NCBI RefSeq assembly: GCF_006345805.1
Contig: NC_043015.1
Span: 44,206,001-44,270,000 of the forward strand
Reading direction: 5' to 3'
Source: Octopus sinensis
Taxonomy: Eukaryota
DNA: 64,000 bases
Shown: one piece after another, positions 12,041-24,720 of the stretch
Layout of the letters: the number at the start of each line of letters is the position of its first letter
Numbering within the stretch: position 1 is the stretch's first letter
Notes under the pieces: model-generated
The model's input: only the letters and a program-made list of their open reading frames with translations
Databases searched by the model: none
Told to the model about the DNA's origin: nothing
Program-made: the position numbers and the translations under genes

Positions 12041-12099
12041 GATTATCTCCCTTCCTTCAGCAATACAGATCTTGTAATGCTGAAGGAAGGGAGATAATC
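12041..12099. other. 59-nt hairpin with perfect 22-bp stem
   Basis: GATTATCTCCCTTCCTTCAGCA (12041-12062) is the exact reverse complement of 12078-12099; 15-nt loop. Confidence 0.9.
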
Positions 12100-12377
12100 G
12101 ATACCATTGAAGCCAGTACTTCGGTGGGATTTGAACTTAAAACGTAAAGCCTGGTATGCGTACCTCAATGCATGTTGTCTGACGATCTACCTTCCTAAGA
12201 CAATCTACCTTCTTTGAGGATTTGTTGAGCACAGTATTTGACTGGTATTTTAAATCATCGAAACTGGAGTGATCAAAGCCAACGCTGACTTCTGTGGGAT
12301 TTGAACTCTGAGCGTAACTACTACTCAACAACAACTGAGAAGAGCTGAGATGTCATGCTGACTATACATATAAAATG

Positions 12378-12788
12378 TAAGGCGGCGAGCTGGCAGAAAC
12401 ATTAGCACGCCGACCGAAATGCGTAACCGTATTTCGTCTGTCGTTACGTTGTGAGTTCAAATTCCGCCGAGGTCGACTTTGCCTTTCATCCTTTCGGGGT
12501 CGATAAATAAGTTACCAGTTGCGCACTGAGGTCGATGTAATCGACTTAATCCCTTTGTCTGTCCTTGTTTGTCCCCTCTATGTTTGGCCCCTTGTGGGTA
12601 GTAAAGAAATAGGTATTTCATCTGCCGTTACGTTGTGAGTTCAAATTCCGCCGAGGTCGACTTTGCCTTTCATCCTTTCGGGGTCGATAATTAAAGTACC
12701 AGTTGTGCACGCACTGGAGTCGATATAATCGACTTAATCCCTTTGTTTGTCCCCTCTATGTTTAGCCCTTTGTGGGCAATAAAGAAAC
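12378..12788 (+). mobile_element. SINE family A, two-unit copy
   Basis: Head plus duplicated 3' unit joined at aaataggtatttc (about 12611). Confidence 0.92.
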
Positions 12789-13239
12789 ATATATATATAA
12801 AATGTTTGTAAATTTCTACATCCGATTTTAACATATGAAAATATACACAGACGGTATTGCCTGAATGTATATAGACACACAGTACTTATGTATCTGGTTG
12901 TACGCGAGGAACATGTACATGTATTGCATACATGTATATAAATAAGCGTTAATTGCGTAAAGGATTTAACTACTTGAAGTTATACACACTCCATTGCATT
13001 GTACGGATGTATATAAATATGGACTACCACATATATCGAAACAGCGTAGCATATGTTCGAGATTTACACAAGAAAGCTTTGTCGTTTATCTAATTGCCAT
13101 CATTTCTTCTTATACGAAATGAGAATTCAAATAATTCTTGAGATGAACGCAAAACACGTACACACAAAATCACACACTCACATACCTCAAACACACAAAA
13201 CATATACATCCTCAAACACACACAGTATTATAATATATA

Positions 13240-13408
13240 TATATATAGATATATATATATAAATATTATATATCTATATATATATATATGTATTATATAT
13301 TATATTATATATATATATACATTATATATATATATATATATATATGTATTATATATATAATGATTATATATATATATATACATAATTTATATATATATAT
13401 ATATACAT

Positions 13409-13461
<53 letters not shown>

Positions 13462-13558
13462 TATATATATATACATATATATATATACATATATATATAC
13501 ACATATAAATCCCGAGAATACATATAATATATATAGGTATATATATGTATATATATAC

Positions 13559-13590
<32 letters not shown>

Positions 13591-13760
13591 CATATATATA
13601 TATACATATATAATACACACATAAATCCCGAGGAATACATATAAATATATAGGTATATATATATATACATATATATATATGTGTGGTGTGTGTGTGTGTA
13701 TATGTGTGTGTGTGTATAGGTGTGTGTGTGTGATGTGTGTGTGTGTGTGTGTGTGTGCGT
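13240..13760. repeat. (TA)n/(TG)n microsatellite tract
   Basis: Direct observation; contains an internal duplicated ataaatcccgag..aatacat motif. Confidence 0.95.
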
Positions 13761-14404
13761 GTGTTTGCACCTTCGGCTTCACATATTTTATTCGAACATT
13801 ATGTACATCAATTTTCCAAAAGCTTCGGAATCGAAATAAAAATTGTCACTGCAACATTTCCATTTTAATTCCCTGTTTACAGCGAGTAAGCTATTTGATT
13901 TCCGTGTTACAGCATTTAGGAAAATTACATTTAATTCAACATTGAATGACACACAGGTACTAATTAAGGAGAATGAATAATGAAAATAGCGGAAAAAAAA
14001 TCTATAATGATAAAATAAACACAAGTAGAAAAGAGAAAAAAGTAAACACGAACACGAAAATTAAATGTTATTCTACTCAGAACGTATTTATCGTCTTTCT
14101 AACTCAGCTAAAAGACTAATGTTAAATTTAATGAGGAAAACGTTGGAAATTTTATACTTTCTCCATCAAATGTCGTTTATTTATTTCTGATAACTTAACA
14201 GAGAAAGTTTGCTGAATGAATGAAAGAATGGAAGTTTAAAAGCAAGCATATTTCCCCCCTCGCAATTGCGGCAGTTCGTTTTGGTGAAATAGCTGGCATG
14301 CGTGTACAAATAAATATAAATACATTCAGATATTCATACATGTGTATACATGCACACACACATAAATACATACATGTGTGTGTGGTTATAATATATATAT
14401 ATAT

Positions 14405-14756
14405 AAATTTATATATAGAGGGCATTATACATACATGCCAGAAGGCATTATACATACATGCCAAACGCTAAGAGGGACAATTAGTCATTTCTACCAAAAA
14501 TATTACTAATCCCACCGAATGCAATTTTTCAAAGTAAGACATTTAAAAAAATATAGACCTGTATCACAGTGATTTCATACTTACGTACTCATCAGCAGGC
14601 CTGAATGTATTATAAATAAAACAAGACCCTGCCCCGCTTAAGCCGATCGGTGGGATTAGTAATATTTTGGTAGAAATGACTAATTGTCCCTCTTAGCGTT
14701 TGGCATGTATGTATAATGCTTCTGGCATGTATGTATAATGCCTCTATATATAAATT
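14405..14756 (-). mobile_element. Short element with ~110-bp terminal inverted repeats and a hammerhead in its core
   Basis: 14405-14518 pairs with 14647-14756; each arm has two ~23-bp direct repeats (ggcattatacatacatgcca); TA-rich flanks. Confidence 0.88.
14556..14601 (-). ncRNA. Type-I hammerhead ribozyme
   Basis: Minus strand: GGCCUG / CUGAUGA / GUAC-GUAA-GUAU / GAAA / UCA-CUG-UGA / UA / CAGGUC; stem I pairs fully (one G-U). Confidence 0.82.
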
Positions 14757-14904
14757 AATATGTTCAATAAGAAATAATTATTTTCGAAATTTTTTCTCTT
14801 ATGAGGTTTTTACGCTATCTACCTGACAATTTCTTGTTAAGTTTTCTTATTAAGTAGTTGTCCTTAATTGCTATATATATATATATAATATATAATATAT
14901 ATAT

Positions 14905-15578
14905 ATATATATTATGTATATGCATGTATATGTGTATGTATATGGAAAATAATGTCATGGTAGAAAATGCTAAATTATTTTATATAAAAAACATTTCAGT
15001 ACCGGTTCCAGGCATTGAGACTTTTTCCAGCTGTAAGTATGGAAGGCAATTAATTTTGGAAAAATTATAAGAAAAGTTTTAAAAAAATATTTGCATAGTA
15101 TTCAAATACAAGGGGCATTTTCTTTGTGTGCTTGCCTGTCAATACACACACACACACGTACACAAACACACATACACACACATATATTCTCAATCTAAAG
15201 TGTCAGACGAACGGGAACGTGAAACTCTGAGCTAAATTTTGTGAAATTTTGTGAAATTTTTGTGATGTTTTTTGCAGTTTTAATAATAATGAAGTGTATA
15301 TATATATATATATGTATATATCTATATATATTGTAAAAACGGTAAGATAACAAAAGAAAGAAAGAAACCTCAAATATTTATAAATAGAGGAAATTTATCT
15401 GTAAAATAATATGTGACAATTATACAATAGCCAGATAAAACTCTGAGTTTCGGATGCCGAGGTGGAAATCCAACAACACCGATCTCTTCGGTTATACACA
15501 CACACACACCACACACACACACTATATATATATATAGATATTTATTATATCTATCTATCTATCTCATCTATATATATA

Positions 15579-15628
<50 letters not shown>

Positions 15629-16277
15629 GTATATGCTATGTAATGTGTATGTATATGGAAAATAATGTCATGGTAGAAAATGCTAAATTAATTTTATAAA
15701 AAAACATTTCAGTACCGGTTCCAGGCATTGAGACTTTTTCAGCTGTAAGTATGGAAGGCAATTAAATTTTGGAAAAATTATAAGAAAAGTTTTAAAAAAA
15801 TATTTGCATAGTATTCAAATACAAGGGGCATTTTCTTTGTGCTTGCCTGTCAATACACACACACACACGTACACAAACACACATACACACACACATATAT
15901 TCTCAATCTAAAGTGTCAGACGAACGGGAACGTGAAACTCTGAGCTAAATTTTGTGAAATTTTGTGAAATTTTTGTGATGTTTTTTGCAGTTTTAATAAT
16001 AATGAAGTGTATATATATATATATATGTATATATCTATATATATTGGTAAAAACGGTAAGATAACAAAAGAAAGAAAGAAACCTCAATATTATATAAATA
16101 GAGGAAATTTATCTGTAAAATAATATGTGACAATTATACAATAGCCAAGATAAAACTCTGAGTTTCGGATGCCGAGGTGGAAATCCAAACACGATCTCTT
16201 CGGTTATACACACACACCACACACCACACACACATATTAATATATATTATATATTATATATATCTACTATCTATCTA

Positions 16278-16320
<43 letters not shown>
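14905..16320. repeat. Near-identical ~713-bp tandem duplication (possibly assembly artefact)
   Basis: tatggaaaataatg at 14941 and 15654; differences are mostly small indels. Confidence 0.9.
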
Positions 16321-16322
<2 letters not shown>

Positions 16323-16323
<1 letters not shown>

Positions 16324-16922
16324 AAGGAATACAAACAATGGACAAGAACGCAAAACATACAGACCGCTAGATGATACAAAAAGCGGACAACAAAACAACC
16401 AGACAGATGATACAAAAGAGGGACAAGAAAAAACAAGGACTGGTCATTCGAAAGTTTCCTTCCTCAGTCGAGTTCCAGATTATCTTTGCAATTTCGGCTG
16501 CTTATACTCGAGATTGTTCCAATCTGGCCAACCCCGAAGACTAAGCTAAGAGCATTAGGTTCCTTGGAAGAAAGTAGCGAATGTATACGTAAAGAAGGAC
16601 GGATAAAGACGGAGAAATTGTACACAAATACAAATGGAAATAACAGGACATAACAACAGGTATAAGAGACCAAACTGTACCTACGCCGCCATATGTATAT
16701 TAAAAGGAATACAAATGTTGGGACAAGAACCCAAAACCTCCAGACAGCTAGATGATACAAAAAAGGGACAACAAAACATCTAGACAATTGATACAAAAGA
16801 GGGACAAGAAAAGACACGGACGAGTCATTCGAAGTTTTCTTTCCTCGGTCGAGTTTCAGATATCTTTGCAATTTCGGCTGCTTAAACTCGAGATTGCTCC
16901 AATCTGGCTAGTCCCAAGGAGA
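16323..16922 (-). mobile_element. Partial tandem (~380-bp unit, about 1.6 copies) of a short non-coding element with a hammerhead-like CTGAGGA..GAA core
   Basis: aaaggaatacaaa starts at about 16323 and 16702; the copies differ by substitutions. Confidence 0.7.
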
Positions 16923-16959
16923 TTTTATATATATATATATATATATTCATTCTTTTATT

Positions 16960-17006
16960 TTTCATTTGTTTCAGTCATTTGACTACGGCCATGCTGGAGT
17001 ACCACA
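16960..17006 (-). mobile_element. SINE family B 3' end
   Basis: ttgtttcagtcatttgactacggccatgctggag. Confidence 0.8.
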
Positions 17007-18020
17007 TTTAGTTCAACAAATGCTTTGAATGATGTTTCTTTGTTGATATATAGGGAAAATCTTCTCAGCTGATATAAAGGTGAAATCGTAAAGTTTGGTA
17101 ACTTCTTAGCTTAGCTGCACATATGTCTATCTGCTCACTGAGTTGTATTTGTTTCTATGTTTGGATTATTCGATCTTCCATTACAGTTTAGAAAAAGAGG
17201 AATGATTTCTATTATAAAATAGTGACGCTATTTCAATTAATTTATAAAATAATGAAAAATTTGGTAAAATAACTGTGTAATTATTAAGCTGGTACTTCGA
17301 ACATTAATTAACGGGAAATGAAGAAAATTTATGATTTTGACAACTTTAAAACATAAAATTTATTTTTTAGCAACAGATGCGGTCTCAGGCGAGGTACTGT
17401 CAAGAAGTTTAAATTAGATAAAGTCGTTCATTATATTATATCGCTTAAACATACAACAATGTTCATGGGTTTTTCCCATCAATCATATGCCTGCCTGATA
17501 AGGCTGCCTTCGGTATTAAGAAAAACTAAAAGAAAAAGTAACGATAACACCATTTCTGTTGCATTTTACTGTATCTCTAGACACAGTTAGATTAAAATAG
17601 TTTCATCTCCAAGAAGTAGTACGATGTATGAAATAATGTTCATATTTTTCATCAAAACCTGAGAATGGGTATTTCTATTATTATTTGTAGAATTTAGGAT
17701 GGAAAACAGCAAATTTCCAAAGTGAATGTAAATTATATTCTCTCTTAATAAATGTTGTAACAACAGTTGAACACCCTTGTATGAATGCATCATCAAACGC
17801 AGATCTATAAACTTAAATATCGCATATAGACTAGTATCGCACGGATACACGGCAAAAGTGATAAATGTGCCGTACTCGAAATATAAATCCTGCGCAATTA
17901 TGTACTTTTTGTCTATAAAATACGAAATGATACACATTGTACATTAAACAAATGATTTTCGAATGATTAAGCAATAAAATCAGTTACATTACTAACTTAT
18001 ATAAAAATCTGCTTCTGTTT

Positions 18021-18908
18021 CAGTGGTCTGATCAAGAAGTATCCGGGGTGTTGCTATAGTAACGGGGCTAAAGCACGCAGAGTAAAGCTGCTTGGCACAG
18101 ATTGATCTCGAGCTCTGCTGTGCATGCGCGCTAAGTTTTAATGCTCTAGCTCATATCCGCTGTTTACAGCAGTGCTCGGAAGAAAGGTGTGTCGCATTGA
18201 ACATGACAGAGAAAGTTGAGCTGAGAAGCTGGTATCAAATTTTGCCAAAAGCTTGGCGTTGCCTGCTCAGAGTCCTACGCAAAGATTTCAAAACGTTTTC
18301 ATCGTTCTAGACACAGTCAAACGGATCTTGTCCAACTGAAACCCGAGAGTCTTTTTGATCAGCTGAAAGCAGTTTTGGCACAAACTTGGCAGACACGCGT
18401 CTCCTACTCAAATGTTCAGTGATAATGGACTGACCTGAACCGTAACTAATCTGCACATTATCTGATAACTCACAGATGATGATTCGACGATTACCCCTCC
18501 CAGTTGCACGCACATCTGCGATGGTTTTCTCAGTTATGCTGGTTGCGGGTCTCCGAAAACGTTCATCATTATCGTCACTTTTTGGCCATCTTCAAAACGT
18601 CTGAACCACTTGTACACTTGTGTGAGGCTCATACACTCCTCTCCATACACTTTCTGCAACTTCGCGTAAGCCTCTTGGCAGGTAACACCATCGCAACTTT
18701 CCCTGTCATGGTGAATGCGACGCTCATACGCTACACACCTTCCTTCCAAGTACTGCTGTAAATAGCAGCAGGGAGCTTGAACATTTAAGCTTAGTGCGCA
18801 TGTAGAGCAGAGTCCAAGATCAATATCTGCCAAGCGGCTTTACTCTGTGCAGTTCAGTGTAGCTTCGTTACTATGGCGACAGTCTGCATACTTATTGATC
18901 ATACCATG
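18021..18908. mobile_element. Composite mariner remnant: two transposase 5' ends facing inward
   Basis: Plus copy 18021-18300 (TIR, leader, MTEKVE..); minus copy 18307-18908 encoding EAYAKLQKVYGEECMSLTQVYKWFRRF and VSAKFVPKLL; TA at 18909. Confidence 0.85.
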
Positions 18909-18910
18909 TA

Positions 18911-18982
<72 letters not shown>

Positions 18983-19809
18983 GTGTATCTATGATCGATG
19001 GTCATGTCTTTGTTGTCTTTGATCATATGTCTGCGGGATAAAAGCCGCTTTGGTACTATAGACCATCAACAATAACAAAAATTAAGTGATGCTCTTAAAA
19101 CATCATATCGCTTCTCCCACAATCATTTATCTTGTATATTAAGAAATAGATCAATCAACGATAGCCGCTCTGCTCGCAAGATCTTTCGGCGATATTAGCT
19201 GTTATATTTATTTATCCATAACTGACGCCGAACCAGAAACCAGAACAGTTGGCTTTGTTTTAAATTAATAAAATAATTTGGTAAATTGCTGCTGTTTCAA
19301 CTGGATTCGATGTTGTATCTCTACGTGCTATTATTCTTCATTTCTTAATGGATTTCACGACAGATTTAGTGAAAGTTTGTACACTTCATTTCAATCAGAG
19401 ATTTCCAATTTCCGTTCTTCAAGGTAACTTAAGCTCATAAGTTCTATGTCAACAATTCTAATAAAGTTGAACAGTTACACAGCGAGTATAACTTAGCACA
19501 TGCACTAATTTTAATTATTTCAGCTTGAGAAACTATTTCTCTAATGATTTATTATTCAGGAGCTTGAGAGTGAATTTTGAATTATTGAAATTGATTGATT
19601 GGTGGAGGTATGCTGCTTTTCAATTCTAGGTTATAATGAAATCTAATTATTGCTTGCTCTAAGTAAATGGGAACATGAATTCGACTAATTATTTTCTTGT
19701 ATTCGCATAGGAACGCTCCATGACTTTATAGCTTAGATTTTGTTTCTACGGGGAGAATGCCTTCGCAATTAAACCTTGCCACATTATATGTAATGTGGCA
19801 TTAAATTAA

Positions 19810-20225
19810 CATTGATTTAAGGTTTTGGCACAAGGGCAGTAATACCGAGGAAGGGCCTGAGTTGGTTACATTGACCCTAGAGTTCAACTGGTATTTATTT
19901 TATGATATAATGCAAAGTTGACCTCGTGGCAACTAGAACTCAGCGAGTAAAGAAGGGCGAAATGTCGCTAAGCATTTGGTCCGGCGTGCTAACTGTTCCG
20001 CTATCTCACCGCTTTTAAATTTTGGCTGAAGGCCACCAATTTTGTGGAAGGAGTGAATCGATTACATCGACCTCAGTAACCAATTAGTTCTTATTTTATC
20101 TACCCAGAAAGGATAAGAGGGCAAAGTCGACCTTGGCAGAATTTGAACTGAGGACATAAAGACGGAAGAAATGCCTCTAAGCTTTTATCCCGGAGCGCTA
20201 ACGATTCTGCCAACACGCAGCCTTT
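19810..20225 (-). mobile_element. Two degenerate SINE family A-related fragments
   Basis: Diverged gttacattgaccc..caaagttgacctcg..gaactcag and gattacatcgacctc..gcaaagtcgacc..gctaacgattctgcc motifs. Confidence 0.7.
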
Positions 20226-20414
20226 CGCGTTTAAAAGTATTGGCATGAACACAGCTATTTACGTCATGCAGATGGTATTTATAAGGGATTAACATTTTCT
20301 TTTGATAATTTCTTTTTTTTTTTCACATCCCTAATTCAATTAGAGATGTGAAATAAGCTTTGCTTAATGAATTCTAGGAACTTAGTTGTTGATACTATAC
20401 AAGTAGTTTCAGCT

Positions 20415-20781
20415 GTGGAGGCGCAATGGCCCAGTGGTTAGGGCAGCGGACTCGCGGTCATAGGATCGCGGTTTCGATTCCCAGACCGGGCGTTGTGAGT
20501 GTTTATTGAGCGAAAACACCTAAAAGCTCCACGACGCTCCGGCAGGAGATGGTGGTGATCCCTGCTGTACTCTTTCACCACAACTTTCTCTCACTCTTAC
20601 TTCCTGTTTCTGTTGTACCTGTATTTCAAAGGGCCGGCCTTGTCACTCTCTGTGTCACGCTGAATATCCCCGAGAACTGCGTTAAGGGTGCACGTGTCTG
20701 TGGAGTGCTCAGCCACTTACACGTTAATTTCACGAGCAGGCTGTTCCGTTGATTCGGATCAAGCGGAACCCTCATCCATCC
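20415..20781 (+). mobile_element. SINE family C with 10-bp TSD
   Basis: AGTTTCAGCT at 20405-20414 and 20782-20791. Confidence 0.93.
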
Positions 20782-21029
20782 AGTTTCAGCTACAATTGAG
20801 AAATATTGCCTTTCTCTTGTCGCGGACGCATTTATAACGAACCGCTCGACGCTGTTCATAGAAAGAGGTTCTACTCTATTGTCCTCATACTGGAACCAGC
20901 CCTGGTGTGGCAAAACTTGAGTGTTCTTCTATGATCAAGCTCGGGATTCTGATGCAGGATAGTACAGCCACTGTGGTCCTTTAGTCACCTGGCTGGATAC
21001 ACACACCAGTTACAGCTGTTAGATGATAT

Positions 21030-21585
21030 CGCTGGCAGAAACGTTAGCACGCCGAGCGAAATGCTTAGCGGTATTTCGTCTGCCGTTATGTTCTGAGTTC
21101 AAATTCCGCCGAGGTCGACTTTGCCTTTCATCTTTTCGGGGTCGATTAAATAAGTACCAGTTACGCACTGGTGTCGATATAATCGACTTTATCCGTTTGT
21201 CTGTCCTTGTTTGTCCCCTCTATGTGTAGCCCCTTGTGGGTAGTAAAGAAATAGGTATTTCGTCTGCCGTTACGTTCTGAGTTCAAATTCCGCTGAGGTC
21301 AACTTTGTCTTTCATCGTTTCTGGGTCGATTAAATAAGTACCAGTTACGCACTGGTGTCGATATAATCGACTTACCGTTTGTCTGTCCTTGTTTGTCCCC
21401 TCTATGTTTAGCCCCTTGTGGGTAGTAAAGAAATAGGTATTTCGTCTGCCGTTACGTTCTGAGTTCAAATTCCGCCGAGGTCGACTATGCCTTTCATTCT
21501 TTCGGGGTCGATTAAATAAGTACCAGTCCTTGTTTGTCCTCTCTGTGTTTAGCCCCTTGTGGGTAGTAAAGAAATAGATATTTCG
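21030..21585 (+). mobile_element. SINE family A, three-unit multimer
   Basis: Junctions aaataggtatttcgtctgcc at about 21253 and 21435; the third unit has an internal deletion. Confidence 0.92.
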
Positions 21586-23077
21586 TTATTCTAAATTGCA
21601 GTTAAAATATTATTTGCTTGATACGTAAGAGAATAGTTGTTTGAAGTAAATAATTCATGATACTTGCATTCTGATTTCCAGGACCCAATTTATTCCGGGA
21701 AGGTGACCGGCATAAAATTAGGCCTTTTTTCCACCTGAAATCCGTAGACAAATACAGCGACTCTCAAAATTATGTCAGTTATCAGCTCGGATTTCTGATA
21801 GAAAATGATATGAAGGAAATAAATTCGAAACACATCTGCACTTTATTAGAAAAGAAATTCGTTTTTCCTCATATTATTTCATAAAAATGCACAAATGGGA
21901 ATTCAAAAAACGTAGTGTTATTGACATATTATTTTCATTTTAAATGATATGTCGTTGCTAGTTACCAAATTGAAGCCGTAGTGTAGAAGCTTGAAACCGG
22001 AAAGGGATTAAATTAGGGGCTATCGAACAATAATGGGCGCGTATACATACATACGCAACTACATACACACATACACAGGCATACATATACATACATACAC
22101 ACGCAAGCATATACACACATACATATATGGCAGGTTTTTCACAGAGATTTCTTCCTCAGAATCCAATTCCCAATGCATGGCATTAACCTAAACGATTTCT
22201 AGCAGATACTTATCCAAGAATGACAAGTAGTGGAATTGAGCTCAAAACGCCGGAATACTCAACCAAGCTGCGATGAGAACCGTTTTAACCACACAACAAT
22301 GCTTACGTCCATGACACAAAAAAACCCCAAAACAAACGAACAAACAAACAAATAAGGTAAGCAAAGCAAAAAAAATAGAAAACACAAATATCATTGAAAA
22401 TCTCCGATAAATCACAAACCAATTTTGCTGACACAGCCAATAGATATGGAATATATCCACAAAGAATACACAAGATTGAATGCTGTGAATCTAAGACAAC
22501 TCATAATATTTTGTCGTATTAATCCATTCAAAAATACCGTATATACACAAAACCATCACTGGCGATGACAAGGTTCCATTTTGTATGAAAAGATGCAATT
22601 TTATTTTCGCTAAAAGATACATATTTTCCCCCTCGGTACTTATCGAATCTCCACGGCGATTATATTTTCCTCTTTGTATGTATTACTCGTATTGTTCGAC
22701 GTTAAAATATATTTCTCTTACTGTGACATGCTTGTAAAGAAATATATGTCCAAATAAGTAATTATTTGCTTAGTATGAAAGCCTCTTCTGTAACGTTTCT
22801 TATCTCCCTCCATCTCGTATGACAAAGCGTAAAGTATATGGTGAGGTATTTATTAATGCATATTGATGTGTAAATATATCAGTATTGATCTCTCTCTTTC
22901 TCTCTCCTACACACATACGCATACGAATACATTGTGATAAATACATATATGTATATATATACATACATGCATATATATATATAAATTTATATATATATAT
23001 ACATATATATACACAGATATCTTTGCAAATATAAATATATCTATATACACACATATGCACATATAGGTGTGTATGCT

Positions 23078-23114
<37 letters not shown>

Positions 23115-23287
23115 GTATATATTATAATTTATACAGTATATCGATATAAAGCTATATATATATAATACACCCACTCACACACATTTATACAAAGTTAGAG
23201 TGAGGGAGAGTTTCCGAAGGAGAGGTATATAGTTATTCACCTATTTATCTCTCCATGAGTCCCTTCTGTCTCTCTTTCTCTTTCTTC

Positions 23288-23470
<183 letters not shown>

Positions 23471-24229
23471 TCTATCTGTCCGTCTCAATGTGTGTGTGTG
23501 TATATAAATATATAACTACAATATATATATATATATGCACACACAGAGAAAGAGAGAGAGGGAAAGAGAGAGAGAGAGACAATGATTATGACAAAAACAG
23601 GGAGGGTGGGCAGAAAAAATATGTGAGTGTGTGTGTGTGTGTGTGTTTATTATACACGTTTCGCGCACACGTTAAACACGCGAATGCGCGTACATTACTT
23701 CTGAAAACCAAAAAGCACTGGCCAAAAAATGAAGCTATTCAAGTTCTTTTTCTTTTTTTTGCCATTATATCTACCAGCGAAGTAACAATTTTCTGGTCCT
23801 AAATAGCATTGGAAATTTTTATTGTCTGCAAATGTCAAAATAATTTTCACAGAATGAAATGGTAATACGGTAATCCACGTCGAGATTCGAAGCCTATAAA
23901 TCAGTTTTACGTTGATATTGTGAAAAGGAGACAATGTTTCCAGTGTTGTATTTATGGTTTATTGTACGCTTGAAGATAATATGACGTCAGAATCGGGGGG
24001 GGGGGGTAGTAATAGGAGATGATGTTTCGCGGGATTTTGGATGGGATTCGTGCGTCAGCTGTATAGAATCTAACTGTATGCCGAATTCATAGAAGCAACA
24101 AGGAGGAGGACAAAGAACAGAAGAAATAAGGAGATGGAGGTATTAGCAGTGCTGCTGCTAATACCATGGCGCCAACGCCATCACGGCATGCGCGATCACA
24201 GCCACCGCTGACATCTACCACCCTCATCG

Positions 24230-24720
24230 CTATCAACACTATCAATACCACCGAGATTGCAATCCCTGCTGTTACCACCAACGTTAGCACCAAAATAACT
24301 AAGCAACACAACAACTTCTACTGCTCTTACCACTAATAACATCTCCATAACCAATGACACCACCAGCGCCACCACAAGCACCGCTAACAGTGAAATGACA
24401 ACAATCGGAACGCCCACCACCACCACCACCACCACCACCAGCAACAACAACACCACCGCCATCACTGCCGCCGCCGCCGCCGCCGCTACCACTACCACCA
24501 CTACCACACCACTACCAACACCTCCACTACCACCACCACCACCACCACTACCACTACTACCCCCACCTCCACACCCCCACCACTACCCTCCACCACCACC
24601 ACCTCCACCTCCAATGAAACACCGTCGTCACTGCCACCACCAATACAACCACTACCAACACCACTGTAACCACTGGAACTACCACCAGCGTTACCTTAAA
24701 AACCACCACTTCCATTAACA
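24230..24720. repeat. Degenerate (ACC)n/(AAC)n/(GCC)n low-complexity tract
   Basis: Trinucleotide periodicity visible; produces Pro/Thr/Val-rich pseudo-ORFs. Confidence 0.85.

Noticed and set aside
13490-13660. Duplicated ataaatcccgag..aatacat motif within (TA)n
   Set aside because: Consistent with slippage or mis-assembly in a microsatellite; no independent structure.
13883-13885. 3-nt micro-exon (tttacag|CGA|gtaagc)
   Set aside because: Cannot be distinguished from chance without RNA data.
14585-14600. 16-nt micro-exon (cag|GCCTGCTGATGAGTAC|gtaagt) on the minus strand
   Set aside because: Lies entirely within the hammerhead of a repeat element; the donor-like sequence is the GUAA loop of stem II.
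14905-16320. 713-bp tandem duplication as a biological event
   Set aside because: The copies differ mainly by small indels in homopolymers or short repeats, the signature of noisy long-read overlap; likely an assembly artefact until reads confirm it.
17375-17397. Short AG..GT segment reading TDAVSGE (cadherin-like)
   Set aside because: Weak donor, embedded in AT-rich repeat-like sequence; too short to support homology.
17587-17937. 116-aa minus-strand ORF in AT-rich DNA
   Set aside because: No recognisable domain, no convincing donor site, and composition mirrors AT-rich background.
24395-24718. Pro/Thr/His-rich 107-aa ORF (and antisense poly-Val ORF)
   Set aside because: Explained by a decayed (ACC)n tract; no splice or domain support.
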